Assembly: GCA_008632985.1 (NCBI GenBank)
Contig: QPGO01000010.1
Span: 62,001-126,000, forward strand
DNA from: Psammoneis japonica
Taxonomy: Eukaryota
Reading direction: 5' to 3'
DNA: 64,000 nt
Shown one piece after another: positions 36,603 to 48,246 of this stretch (position 1 is its first letter; each line of letters opens with the position of its first letter). The translations under genes and the position numbers were made by a program. Below the pieces are notes generated by a model that saw only the letters and a program-made list of their open reading frames with translations, had not been told where the DNA came from and searched no databases.

Positions 36603-39600
36603 AAAGGTGCAGCAGATGCAGTGGGGGGCTTGTTTTGAAGTTGAAGTGACAGCCTCACTCTGGAAACCTTCCTCCTTCAGCATGTCTCTCCAGAGGGTTT
36701 GAAGCACACATGATCACCCTGTGTCATTTCTTGTTTCTGCAGGCTTCCCACAGAGTTGCTTTGTGGGTCTCCATGTGATCAGTCAACAAGTGTGCTCACG
36801 CACAACATGCTCATTTGTCTCATCACATGCTGTGTCAAAGAGCACAGTGGCTCATGATGGCTTTTTGAAATGGGAGGGCTGAGTCTTTTGGGGAAGAGTC
36901 ATCATGATGCCGTTGGCCTTTGTCCAGCATTTTGGCACATGCCCATGGTGCTTTGCTGGAATTGCTGGCATGCAGGGATCAAATTTGGATGCTGTTGCAT
37001 TGCATGCCTCTGCCTTGCAGCTGGAGAATGCTTGACCAAGAAAGGGGCCACTTGCTGCAAGCATGGTCTTTTCTTCCATCCTTTGATGTGCTCTCCAAAG
37101 TGGTGCACCCAAGTTTCAAATCTGGCAGTGTGGTGGGTTGGGTTGCTTGAACTGATTGACAAACTTTGCAGCACATTTGTCAACTTCTGGGGGAACATCA
37201 GGACTTTGCTTGGCAGCTGGGGTGTCAGCATTGCAGCCAATGTTGTTTCAAGGAGAGGGGCCATCTTCCATGTGAGAGTTTGAGTGCATCTTTGCATGCA
37301 TCTTGAACATCCTTCCTGCCTTTGCATGCTCCCTCCATTCCTGCTTTGGTTGCAAGTGCTGCTTTGTCTCTTGTTTTGTTTCTCCATGGAGGCATCACTT
37401 TTTGGAGCATGATGGCTTCAAAATTCTGCCTTCTTAACTTGTGTGGCACCTTTTCATGGCAGGTGCCAGCACTGTTGGATCATGTTTTTGCTGGAAGGTG
37501 ACCTGTTTCCATCATTCCTGGGCATTTCATTCTCCATCTGATGGCTTTGAGGCATGATCAATGACTGTGCTGTGGCTTGAATGCCAGTCTCTGCCAATGG
37601 ATTTCTTCTCCTTGCTTTGTTGATGATTTTGGAAGATTTTGCTTCATTCATGTGTGGAGTTTCTGACTTTTTTTTGACAGCTTGACTTGCCTTGCAACTC
37701 AAAACAAAAATTTCCTGTTGCTCTTGTTGCTGCTCTTGGCAATGAACTGACTCCACATTCTCCAGATGGATGGCTCTGCACAAAAAATGATCAAGTCAAG
37801 CAACTTCATTCTTTGCAACTGGCTTGTCACACTTTCAACAACTTCAGGGCTGCTGAGCTTCCTGCCAGTTTGTTGTCTTTGGCCTCTGTGACTTTGGGTG
37901 GTGCGCATTCAAGGGAGAGGTGTTGCTGCATCAATCCAAAGAAACTTGCATTGGGGGTGTGGCCAAAATTGCCAAAACCAATCACACTTGCCTTGGTGAT
38001 CTCCAGCGATGGTGACATGAGAGCAACATCAGCGGCAATCTTGGATCACATGTTGTTGCATGTGGTGACTGTGTCAATGTGTCAACAAGCTTGTGCAAGT
38101 CTGCAGGCAGCAATGACTCTCACACAAATTTTGGGTTTCCCTCTTGTTTGAGCCCATGTTCAACCACCCAGACCAGCTGGGTCAGCTCACTTTTCAATCA
38201 TGTGGTGGCTTGTTGATTGTGTCAATGTCTTGGCCAACACCTCCACACTGACATTTGGTTTTGGCAGAACAGCAAGAATTTGTTGCTGCCAGGGAGAACT
38301 TCCTCCTTTCAGCTTCTGCTGTCTGTCCCTCAATTGTTCACACTTTTTGAGATGCACCAGAAGTTTTGGCTCACCTGCACAATGCCCAGTGTTCCCATGT
38401 GTTTTTTGGCAATCCAGGTTGACACTCTTTTGTGCTTCCCCTCTGTTGCAGATGATGACAGAAAGCCAAACCTGATGACATTGTGGGTGGAAACCAATCA
38501 CAAGCAGTGCTGTGGCTTTTGATGGTGTGGCAGAGTTGCCCTGCTGCCCATCACTCTGTCAATGCAGATTTTCCTCATTGATGTTCTCATCCAGTGGTGG
38601 TTGTCAACTGTTCCACTGAGTGTGTGGCAGCGGGGCTGGGTGTGAGATCCAGCTCTGTCAGCCAGGGAGCTTGAAAAGTTCTTTTTGTCTTGTTGCTTGG
38701 GCTGGACCTTTTTTGTTCCCAGCTTTTCTTGCAGATCTTTTGACCGTTGCACCCATGTTCCCATTTGTTTTTTTTGGGGGGGGGGGGGGGGGGGGGGGGG
38801 GGGCTTGTTGGCTCTTGTTGACGGAGAGTGGCTTGAAAGGATTCCCCCTCATGTTTGCAGCACTGCTCAACATTTTCTGTGGCACAGTTGGTCAATGGTT
38901 TGCTTGCAGCCTTGATGTGTTGTGTGCTGTTGTCCTTCCTTGTTCCAGAGATGTCTGATCTGATGTCTTCTGATTGAGACAGCTTCTTTGCTGCCAGATG
39001 GGCTGCTGTGAGAGACAATTTCCTTGTTGTCTCTCCTTCTGGGGTGAGACAATTGTTGCTTGCATCCTCAGCCTTTTTTCCTTTGGACAACTCATGTTTG
39101 TCAGAGAGTTGTGTTTGTGCTTGTTCTTTCAGCCACACTTTTTTGGCACCCCACACAGATTCTCTTCCATGATTTCCTTGAGCTTTTTGCTTGCTCTCAA
39201 AGAGACCAACCCTGCTTCTGCATTGGAAACCATGTTTTTGCAAACTCTGATTTCCACTGCTCAGCATCAGGTCTGAAGACATGGAGGCATTCAGGGACAA
39301 TGTGACACTCATCACTTGAGAGAGATGAGTTGAGGCCTTTTTGAGAAATGTGACTTCATGGTTTGCTTTCCTGCTCCACATCGGATCAGATGGATGGCAT
39401 CACCTCTTTCTCTGATGTGGGGTCTGATGGAATTGTTTTCTCTGCAAGACAGTGTCACAGGGCTGCTGGGTGGCCATCCTTGTCCTTTGTCAGGTGATCC
39501 AAACAGCAGTGTTGGAAAAAAGCAAAATGACCTGGGACCTTCTTCCTGTCTCCCACCATCCACAACTGCTTTGTTGTCATTGATTGACAGTGTGGGCTTT

Positions 39601-40714
39601 GCAAGTGGATCTTGACAACAATGCATGGAGCTTCTGTTTTTTCATTTTGGGGAGCTCCTGCCAATTTTTGGGCACTTGCCTTCTCTCCCTGCAATGTCTC
39701 TCCATTGAAAGAAGCCAGCACACTGTCTGTTGGGATCATGTTGAAAAGCCCAAATGCAGTCCTGGCTGGTCCATGGATGGCGCCTTCATTCACAAATTCA
39801 GTGCTGTGGAGAAGCCAGCTTTTGCATGTGGTGCAAACACAAATTGGCAACCAACAGGGTTCCATGACTGGACAATTTTCCATCCATCCTCAATGTCTGC
39901 AAATGCATGCCAAACAATTTGTCAGAATGAAATTTCGCAGCCCTTGGGCGACAGTCCTGTGACACATGCATGAGATGCAGCTGGCAACAGATTGTGTGCT
40001 GCTGCTCCACTCTTGGATTCAAACGGCTGACACTCCAAGGAAGGCACTCTTGGAAGCTCCCTTTTCCTTTGCTTTGTGCCGTCCGGGACATTTTCGGGGT
40101 GATCCATTCTCCAAAAGTTTGCCCCAGCTCTGGACCCCACACGCCAACTCAAATTTCTTCACCCAGGTCTTTTTGCATGATTGCCAAGCCTTGTTTTGCA
40201 ATCACACAGATTGCCTGGAGGGGCTTGGAAGTGGGGGGGAGAATGGTGAAGAGCGCACATTGTGTGGCATGTTTCGCTCGAGCTGCTGCACCTGGCAACA
40301 AAACAACCTCCAGTGTTTCTTTGTTCTGCACCCCACTCCATCCAAAGCAAAAGCAAACTCAGAAGCTGGACTTTTTGCAGCATGTTGCAGCCACTGCCAG
40401 CACACCCAGGATCTGGTGCTTGTTGCTTTTGGTCACGACCTGTGCTCCAGAGTCTAACCTTGTGTCCAGGAGTGTCCAAAAAGTGCCCACATCGGGGTTT
40501 TCACCTGTGGAATTTGTGCTGTGAACTGCGCAGGAGAACGATTTTCATGTTGGCTTGACTGGACTCAAGGCTAAAGCTGGTGCAATGCTGCATCCACATT
40601 TGTTTGAGAGCACGGAGAGCAGATCATCAAGTTGTGTTTTAGAACAATGAGGGTGCCAGCTGCTGGCAGAGAGGTGATGGGCGGGCTGGGCCTCCTGCCT
40701 GGCGGATGGACAGT

Positions 40715-41775
40715 CCCATTTTCGTCTTTCCGATCGATGACCCAACATAAAATTTCCGCGTAGAATCTTCGCACCGAAGACTTAATTTCTTGTCCCGGTC
40801 ATGCACATTTTGAAAAAGCATGACCCCACACTTTCGCCAACTCTCAAGCGATGGAATTTCGAAAGCTCCTGTCCAGACTCTCAGCTGTTGCTTTGACGAC
40901 CATCCCCGACGACATCAAAAAGATTAAAACCTGCCTTCATTCAACTTTTTGTCATTCGCTAAGAAATGCCCTCGAATCGAGCATCGACAAATCAGTCAGC
41001 GAAGAATCGCCTGCCGTGATCCGCTTGAGACGAGACACCGCCATTGCTGAAGCGAGATTTCACAAATTTGCACCAGTTTCTTCTTCTCATGGATCTTCTC
41101 ATGGGAAAAAAAAACTGCTGTACAGCACCTCGTCAATGAAGCGAGGAATGATGTTCCCAGCGGCGATTGCAGCCCTGTCCTCACACCTTTTGCCGAACTT
41201 CGCAAACGAAATTGTGATCGTTGCAAGGACACTCGACATCCCTACGAAGCCTCTCCTCATCATGCACGTTGGACCTCCAAAGACAGGCACCTCGACTGTT
41301 CAATGGTGTGCATCTCATCACGGGAAGCAACTCAAAAAGGACAACATTTGCTGTCTTGGTCACGGAAGCATGCTGAACACGCACAACCCATGGAACTTCT
41401 GCATGGGCAAGTTCATGAAAAATGAACCACTTTGCAAAAAGGAATGGACTGATTTGGAACAAGTGATCGACAGCCATTGCGCTCAGCATTGTGCCATCTT
41501 TACATCGGATGAGCTCTTTGGCAAGCCACAGAAAACAATTCTCATGCGACAACAGCTTTGGAGTCACATCATTCGTCTTCAAAGGAAGTGGAGCGTGCGA
41601 ATCGCATTTTCACATCGCCGCTGCTGCAATTGGCTTCTAAGCTCTTGCCATCAGCACCACAATCCAAACCCACGAGAAACAAAGATGCTTCCAAAACAAA
41701 CAGCGATTCGGCGACAAGAGTGGCCTTCAAATGGCGGCAGGGAGACCGTGCCCTTCACTGATCATTTGCGAGCAC
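40715..41775 (+). pseudogene. Truncated, TpA-erased duplicate of the promoter and 5' half of the sulfotransferase-like gene at 43461
   Basis: Colinear with about 43060-44120. QWCASHH..DNICCLGHG and HRRCCNW replace QWYASHH..DNIYYLGYG and HRRYYDW. Homology ends at about 41775. Confidence 0.9.
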
Positions 41776-43460
41776 TTGCGTCATCTACTTTCTTCTTGCC
41801 AGTTGGTTTCCAGATGCATTTTTCATGCCCTGCCCTGCCCCCCCCCCCCCCGTCACGAAGACCTCCTCCCGCCCTCGATCCGACAATGCATCCAGATTTC
41901 ATGGCCGCCAAGAAAGACCATGGGGTTGAGGGGTTGAGAGGCGACAAAGCTGTCATTCTTGCCGGTGCTTCTGTTGTCATTTGCAGGACAGGGCCAAAAA
42001 AAGGCTTCTGCAGGGCTCTCACGACCACTGTGCAAATGAGTCCACACAATCGCTGTGTTTGTCTCTGCTGCAGATGTGATTGTTGGCATCCAAGGAACAC
42101 ACACGGATGGATGGTGTCATTTTCATTTTTGCCAGTTTCCCATGACAGATGCAGAAAATGAAACTCTAATTTCCAACGTTGACAACACACCATGTGTGAT
42201 GTCAAAAAGGAATGGCAGAATGGTTTTTTTTTTTCAAAGAGAGAAGAGGAGCCAATTTGTGCAGCAAACGCGGTTGTTCCCCACCATTGACACAGACTGA
42301 CTGTGCCGTCAGCACCAGCCAGCCATGCAAGTCCATTTGGCAATTGTGATTCCAGTCATCATGCAGTGAGAGTGAGAAAGGATTCAGAATGTGCAACATT
42401 GATGGCAGATGCCACCATGCAGGACTTTTGCAGGGCAGCAACTGGCAAGGAAATGAGCAACAATCCGGGCTCCAATTCTTCTTGTGTCGAGCCAAGCAGA
42501 GTTGTTGTGACGATTGAGACCTGCGAGTGCAAGCTCAAGAAACAAAAAGTGGAGACTTGAGAAGGTGAACAAGCAGAAACAAAACACCAAGCAGTGCAAG
42601 GGGAACAATGCTTGGATCAGCCAACAGAGCCAATTGAGCACAAAACAAAAGTCATGCTGGGCTCTCAGTCAGAACTGTGTTGCAGTGCGTCGTTGCTGCA
42701 TTCCTGCAGCAGCAGCAAAAATTGTCGAATCCAACATTCCAAGTTGGCCTTGAAAGCTGATGTTGAAATGCTGCACCTGGCAATGCACCATGATTCATGT
42801 TTTTTTGCTCATCGCCCACCCAGTCAAAAGCGGCAGGAGAAACACAGAGACCAGGCTTTTGCTGTGTTGCAGCCAGACACTGCTGTGTTTTGGGAATTGT
42901 TTGTCACTGTTGGTTGCTGGCTGCTCTGCTCTAGAACCACAGTCTCTAGCTAAAGTTTGCTCGTAGTAGGCCCTCTGTACCGGTAGAGAGCAGCAGTAGA
43001 GACAAGGAGAGCATTGCAGACAACAATTATTGTGCTGCGGCCTGGACGCCTCCGGGTTAGCCCGTTTTCGTCTTTCCGATCGATGACCATCAAAATTTGT
43101 GTATGGGATTCCCACGTATAATCTTCGTGCAAAGACACAATTCTTGTCCCGGTCATGCATCTTTTGAAAAAGTATGACCCCACACTTTCCCCTCTCAAGC
43201 GATGAATTTCGAAAAGCTCCTCGTCGTCCAACTCTCCCGACGCCGTTGCTTCGACGACCGACCCGACGACCTCAAAAAGATTTTAACTTTCCCTCATTCA
43301 ACTTTGTTTATTATTCGCTAAGAAGTACCCTCGAACGTCGACAGATCAGTCAGCGAAGAATCGCCTTCCGTGATCCGCTTTGAGACGAGAGACCGCCATC
43401 ACTGAAGCGAGATTTCACAAATTTGAAATTTGTACGAGTTTCTTCTTTCTCGTGTAAAAG

Positions 43461-44732
43461 ATGCTGCCCAGTACCTCTTCAATGAAGCGAGGGGTGCTGT
43501 TCCTAGTGGCGGTTGCAGTCCTATCCTTGTGCCTTGTACGGAAAGTAGTAAACGAAGATTTGATCGTTGCAAGGACGCTCGATGTCCCTACCAAACCTCT
43601 CCTCATCATGCACGTCGGACCTCCAAAGACAGGCACGTCGACTATTCAATGGTACGCAAGTCATCACAGGAACCAACTCAAGAAGGATAACATTTATTAT
43701 CTTGGTTACGGAAATATGCGGAACACGCACAACCTATGGAATTTCTGCATGGGCCAAGACAGGAAAAATGAAACGCTTTGCAAAAAGGAATGGACTGGTT
43801 TGGAACAAGTGATCGATAGCCATTACGCTCAGAACCATACAGTGTTTATATCGGATGAGCTCTTTGGGAAACCACAGACAATAAGTCTTGTCCGACAACA
43901 GCTTTGGAGTCACATCATTCGTCTTCAAAGGAAGTGGAGCGTACGAATCGTATTTTCACATCGCCGCTACTACGATTGGCTTCTAAGCTCTTACCATCAG
44001 CATCATAATCCAAACCCACCCCAAACAAAGAAACTTCCATTAGAAAGAGCGATTCGGCGACAAGAATGGCCTTCGAACGGCGGCAGGGAGACGGTGCCCT
44101 TCACTGAGTATTTGAAAGCACATTTGATATCGCCGAGTTTCCGCGAGAACGACCCCAGTATTGTCCACGCTTTGTTGAAGGATAACTTCTCCACAGTATG
44201 GACCTTCAATATGCACGAGCTGTCTAGCGGTGATTTGACACAGGACTTTTATTGCAAAATGATACCCGAGGCAGTGTCGTTGTGCAGGTACCTCCAATCC
44301 GAAACTGAAAGTGTCGAGACACAGAACCCGTCCTCGTCCAAAGAAGGCTACTACGACAGAATCGCTTGGGAAGCGATAAAACGTGGATGGATCAACGCAA
44401 CTCTCCCTCGATTCGTTGTCGGACTTGCCGTCAGAAAGTTTGCGACAAACGAGCTCAACTTGAATACCATGTCTGACTTCCCTTTGAAGTGTCCGAAAAC
44501 AAGTCACATGGAGCAGCTATTGAATATATCGCTAGGCATCGAACGAGCCATAGTGCCGGAATTTTACGCATCACAAAAGGGAGAACTTGGAATGCGAGAG
44601 GAGTTTGCTCACGCCACTGAAACCAACAAGTTCTGCTCAGTGGATGTTGACAAAGCACTACAAGACCCAAGGTGGGAAGTGTTCTTCAAGAATCTTCCGG
44701 AACGTATCAATAGCATGGAAGCAGCAGAGTAG
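43461..44732 (+). CDS. Type II membrane sulfotransferase-like protein
   Basis: TM leader; HVGPPKTGTSTIQ, SDELFG, HRRYYDW and FCSVDV. Confidence 0.8.
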   Translation: MLPSTSSMKRGVLFLVAVAVLSLCLVRKVVNEDLIVARTLDVPTKPLLIMHVGPPKTGTSTIQWYASHHRNQLKKDNIYYLGYGNMRNTHNLWNFCMGQDRKNETLCKKEWTGLEQVIDSHYAQNHTVFISDELFGKPQTISLVRQQLWSHIIRLQRKWSVRIVFSHRRYYDWLLSSYHQHHNPNPPQTKKLPLERAIRRQEWPSNGGRETVPFTEYLKAHLISPSFRENDPSIVHALLKDNFSTVWTFNMHELSSGDLTQDFYCKMIPEAVSLCRYLQSETESVETQNPSSSKEGYYDRIAWEAIKRGWINATLPRFVVGLAVRKFATNELNLNTMSDFPLKCPKTSHMEQLLNISLGIERAIVPEFYASQKGELGMREEFAHATETNKFCSVDVDKALQDPRWEVFFKNLPERINSMEAAE

Positions 44733-44855
44733 ACAGTTACTTATCTTTTGCGACCGCAGGAACTTGGTTCGCGAATAACCAATTTTAACTACTCTATATA
44801 TGATAGTGACGTTTCTATCCCAACAACGTTTGCGTCTGGGTATGTGTCGTTTCCT

Positions 44856-46182
44856 CTATTGGTTACCTTTTGCTGCTAGGTTCTTGAAGAACTGTTTCCA
44901 CCTAGGTTCCCCCAATACCTTCTCAACGTCAATCGAACAAAACATTCCTAGATCGGATGCTTTCTTGAACTGCTCCTTGAGATCCGGCTCTCCTTTATCC
45001 GTGGCGAAAAAGTCTGGCGTCATTTCGGATTCAAAGTGGTGGACAAGTGAAGCAACTGGTCCGCTTGCGCTTGAGTCAAGCATTTGAGTGGAAAGTCCTT
45101 TTGAGATTTCAAACCGAGTTCAAGCGCCTTGTTTTCCACGGCTCGTGTCGCATCGTATCGAGACAAGGATCCATCGCGGGGCAAGAGACCCTTCTTGTAG
45201 GCCGCCACCGCCAACATGTCGTAATGAATCACCTTGCTCGATTTCGAGTTCTTCACGGTGCTCTTGTATTCTGTATTCAAAAAGTTGCATAGCTTGGTCG
45301 CTTCGGGTAGCATGGTACAAAAGAAGCTATTGACAAATTCCTCGCCATTGTGCATATTGAAGACTTGGACATTGTCAAAACGCAAATCCCACTTTTTCTT
45401 CATGGCGATTGGGTGCTTGTGTTTTGCTTTGTTGACTCCCTCAAAGTAATCCGGAAAGGCCGGAATGGTAATGCCACCCTTGTCGGGCCAATTGGCACGC
45501 TTTGGTTCCGAACTAGGACCGGCACCGGGATTGTACATTTGAAAGTACTTGCTGGGGACCCATTCATAATAGCGACGGTGCGTAATGACAACGCGGACAT
45601 TCCACTTTTCTAAAAGCGGCATGAGGTTGCTCCACAAGTGTTTCTCGGCATCCTCTGGATCATGAAAGGAGTTAAACAGTTCTTCAGAAACAATCACATT
45701 GTGTCCTTGTTCGTAGTGTGATTCCAGCGCGCGTTTGAAATTGGCCCATTCCTTGGCGCACTCTTCTTCTTGTTGGGTTTGGTGATTTTGGCACACTTTT
45801 TGTGAAGCATGTGCAGTCGCATCCCGGGAATGTCGGGGTTTTGACCGAGAAAGTAAAAGTTATCTTTCTTGAGTCGTTCCAAGTACTCTCCCGCAAACCA
45901 TTGAACCGTCGTGGTACCCGTTTTGCGAGGACCAACATGAAGCAACATGAGCGGTGCGCCATTTTTGTTGCTGGTGCTGCTTTCTTGTTGTTGTTGCTTT
46001 GTGGACGTTCTCAAGTACATCATGTCGCTTGCATTATCTTCATTATCAATAGTTTTTGAAACATCTCTGTAGCAATTGGTTTGGAGCATTCCAAGCTTGA
46101 TGAGCGCTGATAGAGATAGAATGACAAGAACGATACACACGAGCAGCGCGTCACGAATCTTTATAAGGGGGTTTCGTTTCAT
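44856..46182 (-). CDS. Type II membrane sulfotransferase-like protein with two apparent homopolymer frameshifts
   Basis: MKRNP start at 46182; HVGPRKTGTTT, SEELF, HRRYYEW and FCSIDV are split over three ORFs with shifts at about 45798 and 45033. Confidence 0.7.
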
Positions 46183-46784
46183 TGTGAATGTGAATGCAAC
46201 AGTCGATGAGAGAGCAAAGTTTTGACCCGACAGCAAAGATGAAGAGTGCTCTCTGAACACTTTGTCGTCGAATAATAACGAGGAAAAGCGAAGATGAAGG
46301 CGATTTGGGTGCAGTGGGGAAAAGTGGCGCCTAGTCGATACCCTGCAGAGGCGGCAAAAAAGTGAAGGGAATCGAAAAGTCATTCTCGGTACTAGTCGGT
46401 CATTTTTGATAATTACCTTCGCGACTGAAGACATTTTTTGTTACGCGTCACGATAAATATTCACTATAGCCCTTACTATTGCCCCGTTTGATTTTCTCTT
46501 GTCTGTGAAATGATGCCTGGGTTCTCGTGCCAACAGAACACGACTAAAATCGCGACGCCGGCTCGCCGCAAACCCCACGAAATGCAGTACAAGTTTGACG
46601 TAGCTTTCTACGCGTTGAGACACGGCATGTTCACGCTTCATCACGATCTGCGTTCAAACAGCAAACAGCAACAAAACAACAAACGGAACAACGCAACCTG
46701 ATTTGAGCAAATCGAAATACTAACCGTAAACTGTTTTAGACAGTCGAGTTCCCTGAATAAGCTTCCTGCACAAGTTTTGTAAGG

Positions 46785-48118
46785 ATGGGCGGACGATCTG
46801 AGTTATGCAATTCGTTGATAGGAACAAGCTTTGCCGCAAAGCACTGGTTGTCTCTGGATGTGTGCGGGTTGCTGTGCGTTCGCTCAGTTGTTCCGTTCAC
46901 CTGTACGCAATGGTTGTCATGTATATATTTGTCATTGCGCATTCTACAATCATGGTGCAGTGGTTGATTTACTTTGGCATGTATGTTCCTCTGGCACTGC
47001 TGGCGCTTAGTAGTTTGTTCATGGCATGGAGTACCGATCCAGGTGCGGTTCCCATGGGTGCCAAGCCTCTGACGACCTTTAAGCGACAAGTATCAGTGAG
47101 TAGCAACGCTTCAAACTCTACGGAAAATAGTAAGGAGCCCACGTGTGTGTCTATAACGAAATCGCCAGCACGAGGAGAACGTCGGTGTCACAAGTGTATG
47201 GACAATTACAAACCACCGCGTGCTCATCACGATTCTGTCACGGGACGATGCATTGTCAAGTTTGATCATTACTGCCCTTGGGTGGGAAATGCTGTTGGCG
47301 CGCTCAATCACAAGTTTTTTGTTCTCTTTATTGGATACACGTGTTGCACGACTCTGGTTAGTTTGATTCTGTTGGTGACGAGATTTGTCACGTGCTCGTT
47401 TGTGCAGTCGAGTTCGGATCAAGAGGAGGACGAGGCGCAGCTGAATGGGGACAATAGCAGCACGGATGCGGATAGTCTGCGCTTCTTGGAGGACTCTCCA
47501 GGAGGTCGTGATGAATGTACCGTCTTTGAAAATGGTCACATTTTCATTCTCATTTTATTGACAATGAGTGTGATCTTTTTCGTTTTTACCTTTTGTATGT
47601 TTTTGGAGCAAATGGATGCCATTTCGGAAAACACATCCAAGATTGCTCGAATGAAACAACGAGTGGGCAAGGCGGGGACAGAGCTGTCGCGTGTGACGCA
47701 TGACTTTAATGAAATGTTTGGTGGGTGCTCACCGAGTCCAACCTGGCATTGGTTCTTGCCTCTTTCGGTCCAGTTTCAACCAACCAAAATGAAATCTGTC
47801 ATTTTGGGATACGAAGAGCCGACATTAGAAGATCTGGAACACGACGTGGAGAACCCAGCTCCTTTGAAGGACGACCAGGAGGAGGAAGAGGTAGACGAGG
47901 AGCTTGAATCGAGTCAGCATTCCAGTCTCTTGGCGGCAGAGCAGCTTGAAACAGAAATGGCAACGGTAGAAAACACACGAGACTCTTCGTCTCTCATGGC
48001 TGCTGCTACCGACGAGGTTCACTTGGGTTCTAGAAAAATAAAGAGCAAGCAAGGCATGTTTCAACGACGATTGAGCGACAATCCCAAATTTGTGGACGGG
48101 ACAAATGAGTTTACATAG
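46785..48118 (+). CDS. DHHC-family palmitoyltransferase (DHYC variant); apparent 1-bp frameshift near 46878
   Basis: TDPG, CHKC..YKPPRAHHDSVTGRCIVKFDHYCPWVGNAVGALNHKFF. The N-terminal MGGRSE...LDVCGLLC is in another frame. Confidence 0.85.
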
Positions 48119-48246
48119 CGGTTTTTCTTCATGTATATGAATGCTCGTAGAGCGAGAGTTAAACTAAGCGAATACGAGCAGTCGGTATTATAAAATGTTT
48201 GGTGCAAAGCGAAGTTGTAGTAGTATTCACGTGTTTATAGGTATGT

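Larger units (their letters stand above)
34620..40715. other. TpA- and CpG-depleted relic domain (decayed repeats or transposons, family not assignable)
   Basis: Kilobases almost without TA, strongly TG/CA-rich, with many short Cys/His-rich, Tyr-free ORFs. Interrupted by two TA-retaining MITEs. Confidence 0.7.

Noticed and set aside
38767..38803. T9-G28 homopolymer run as a functional G-quadruplex
   Set aside because: It is a simple homopolymer in a relic domain, and its length is unreliable in this assembly.
39455..39883. Possible SET-domain-like remnant (GLFNMIPTDSVLASFNGE)
   Set aside because: The similarity is too short and degenerate to support without a profile search.
40851..42161. 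436-aa ORF as a functional gene
   Set aside because: It is a chimera of mutated promoter, truncated sulfotransferase copy and unrelated relic sequence, open only because stops were lost.
34620..42950. Dozens of overlapping 60-260-aa Cys/His/Gln-rich ORFs, also at 23.3-24.7 kb and 60.6-64 kb, that could look like novel metal-binding proteins
   Set aside because: They are by-products of TpA loss, which removes TAA/TAG stops and Tyr codons in all six frames; there are no coherent domains.
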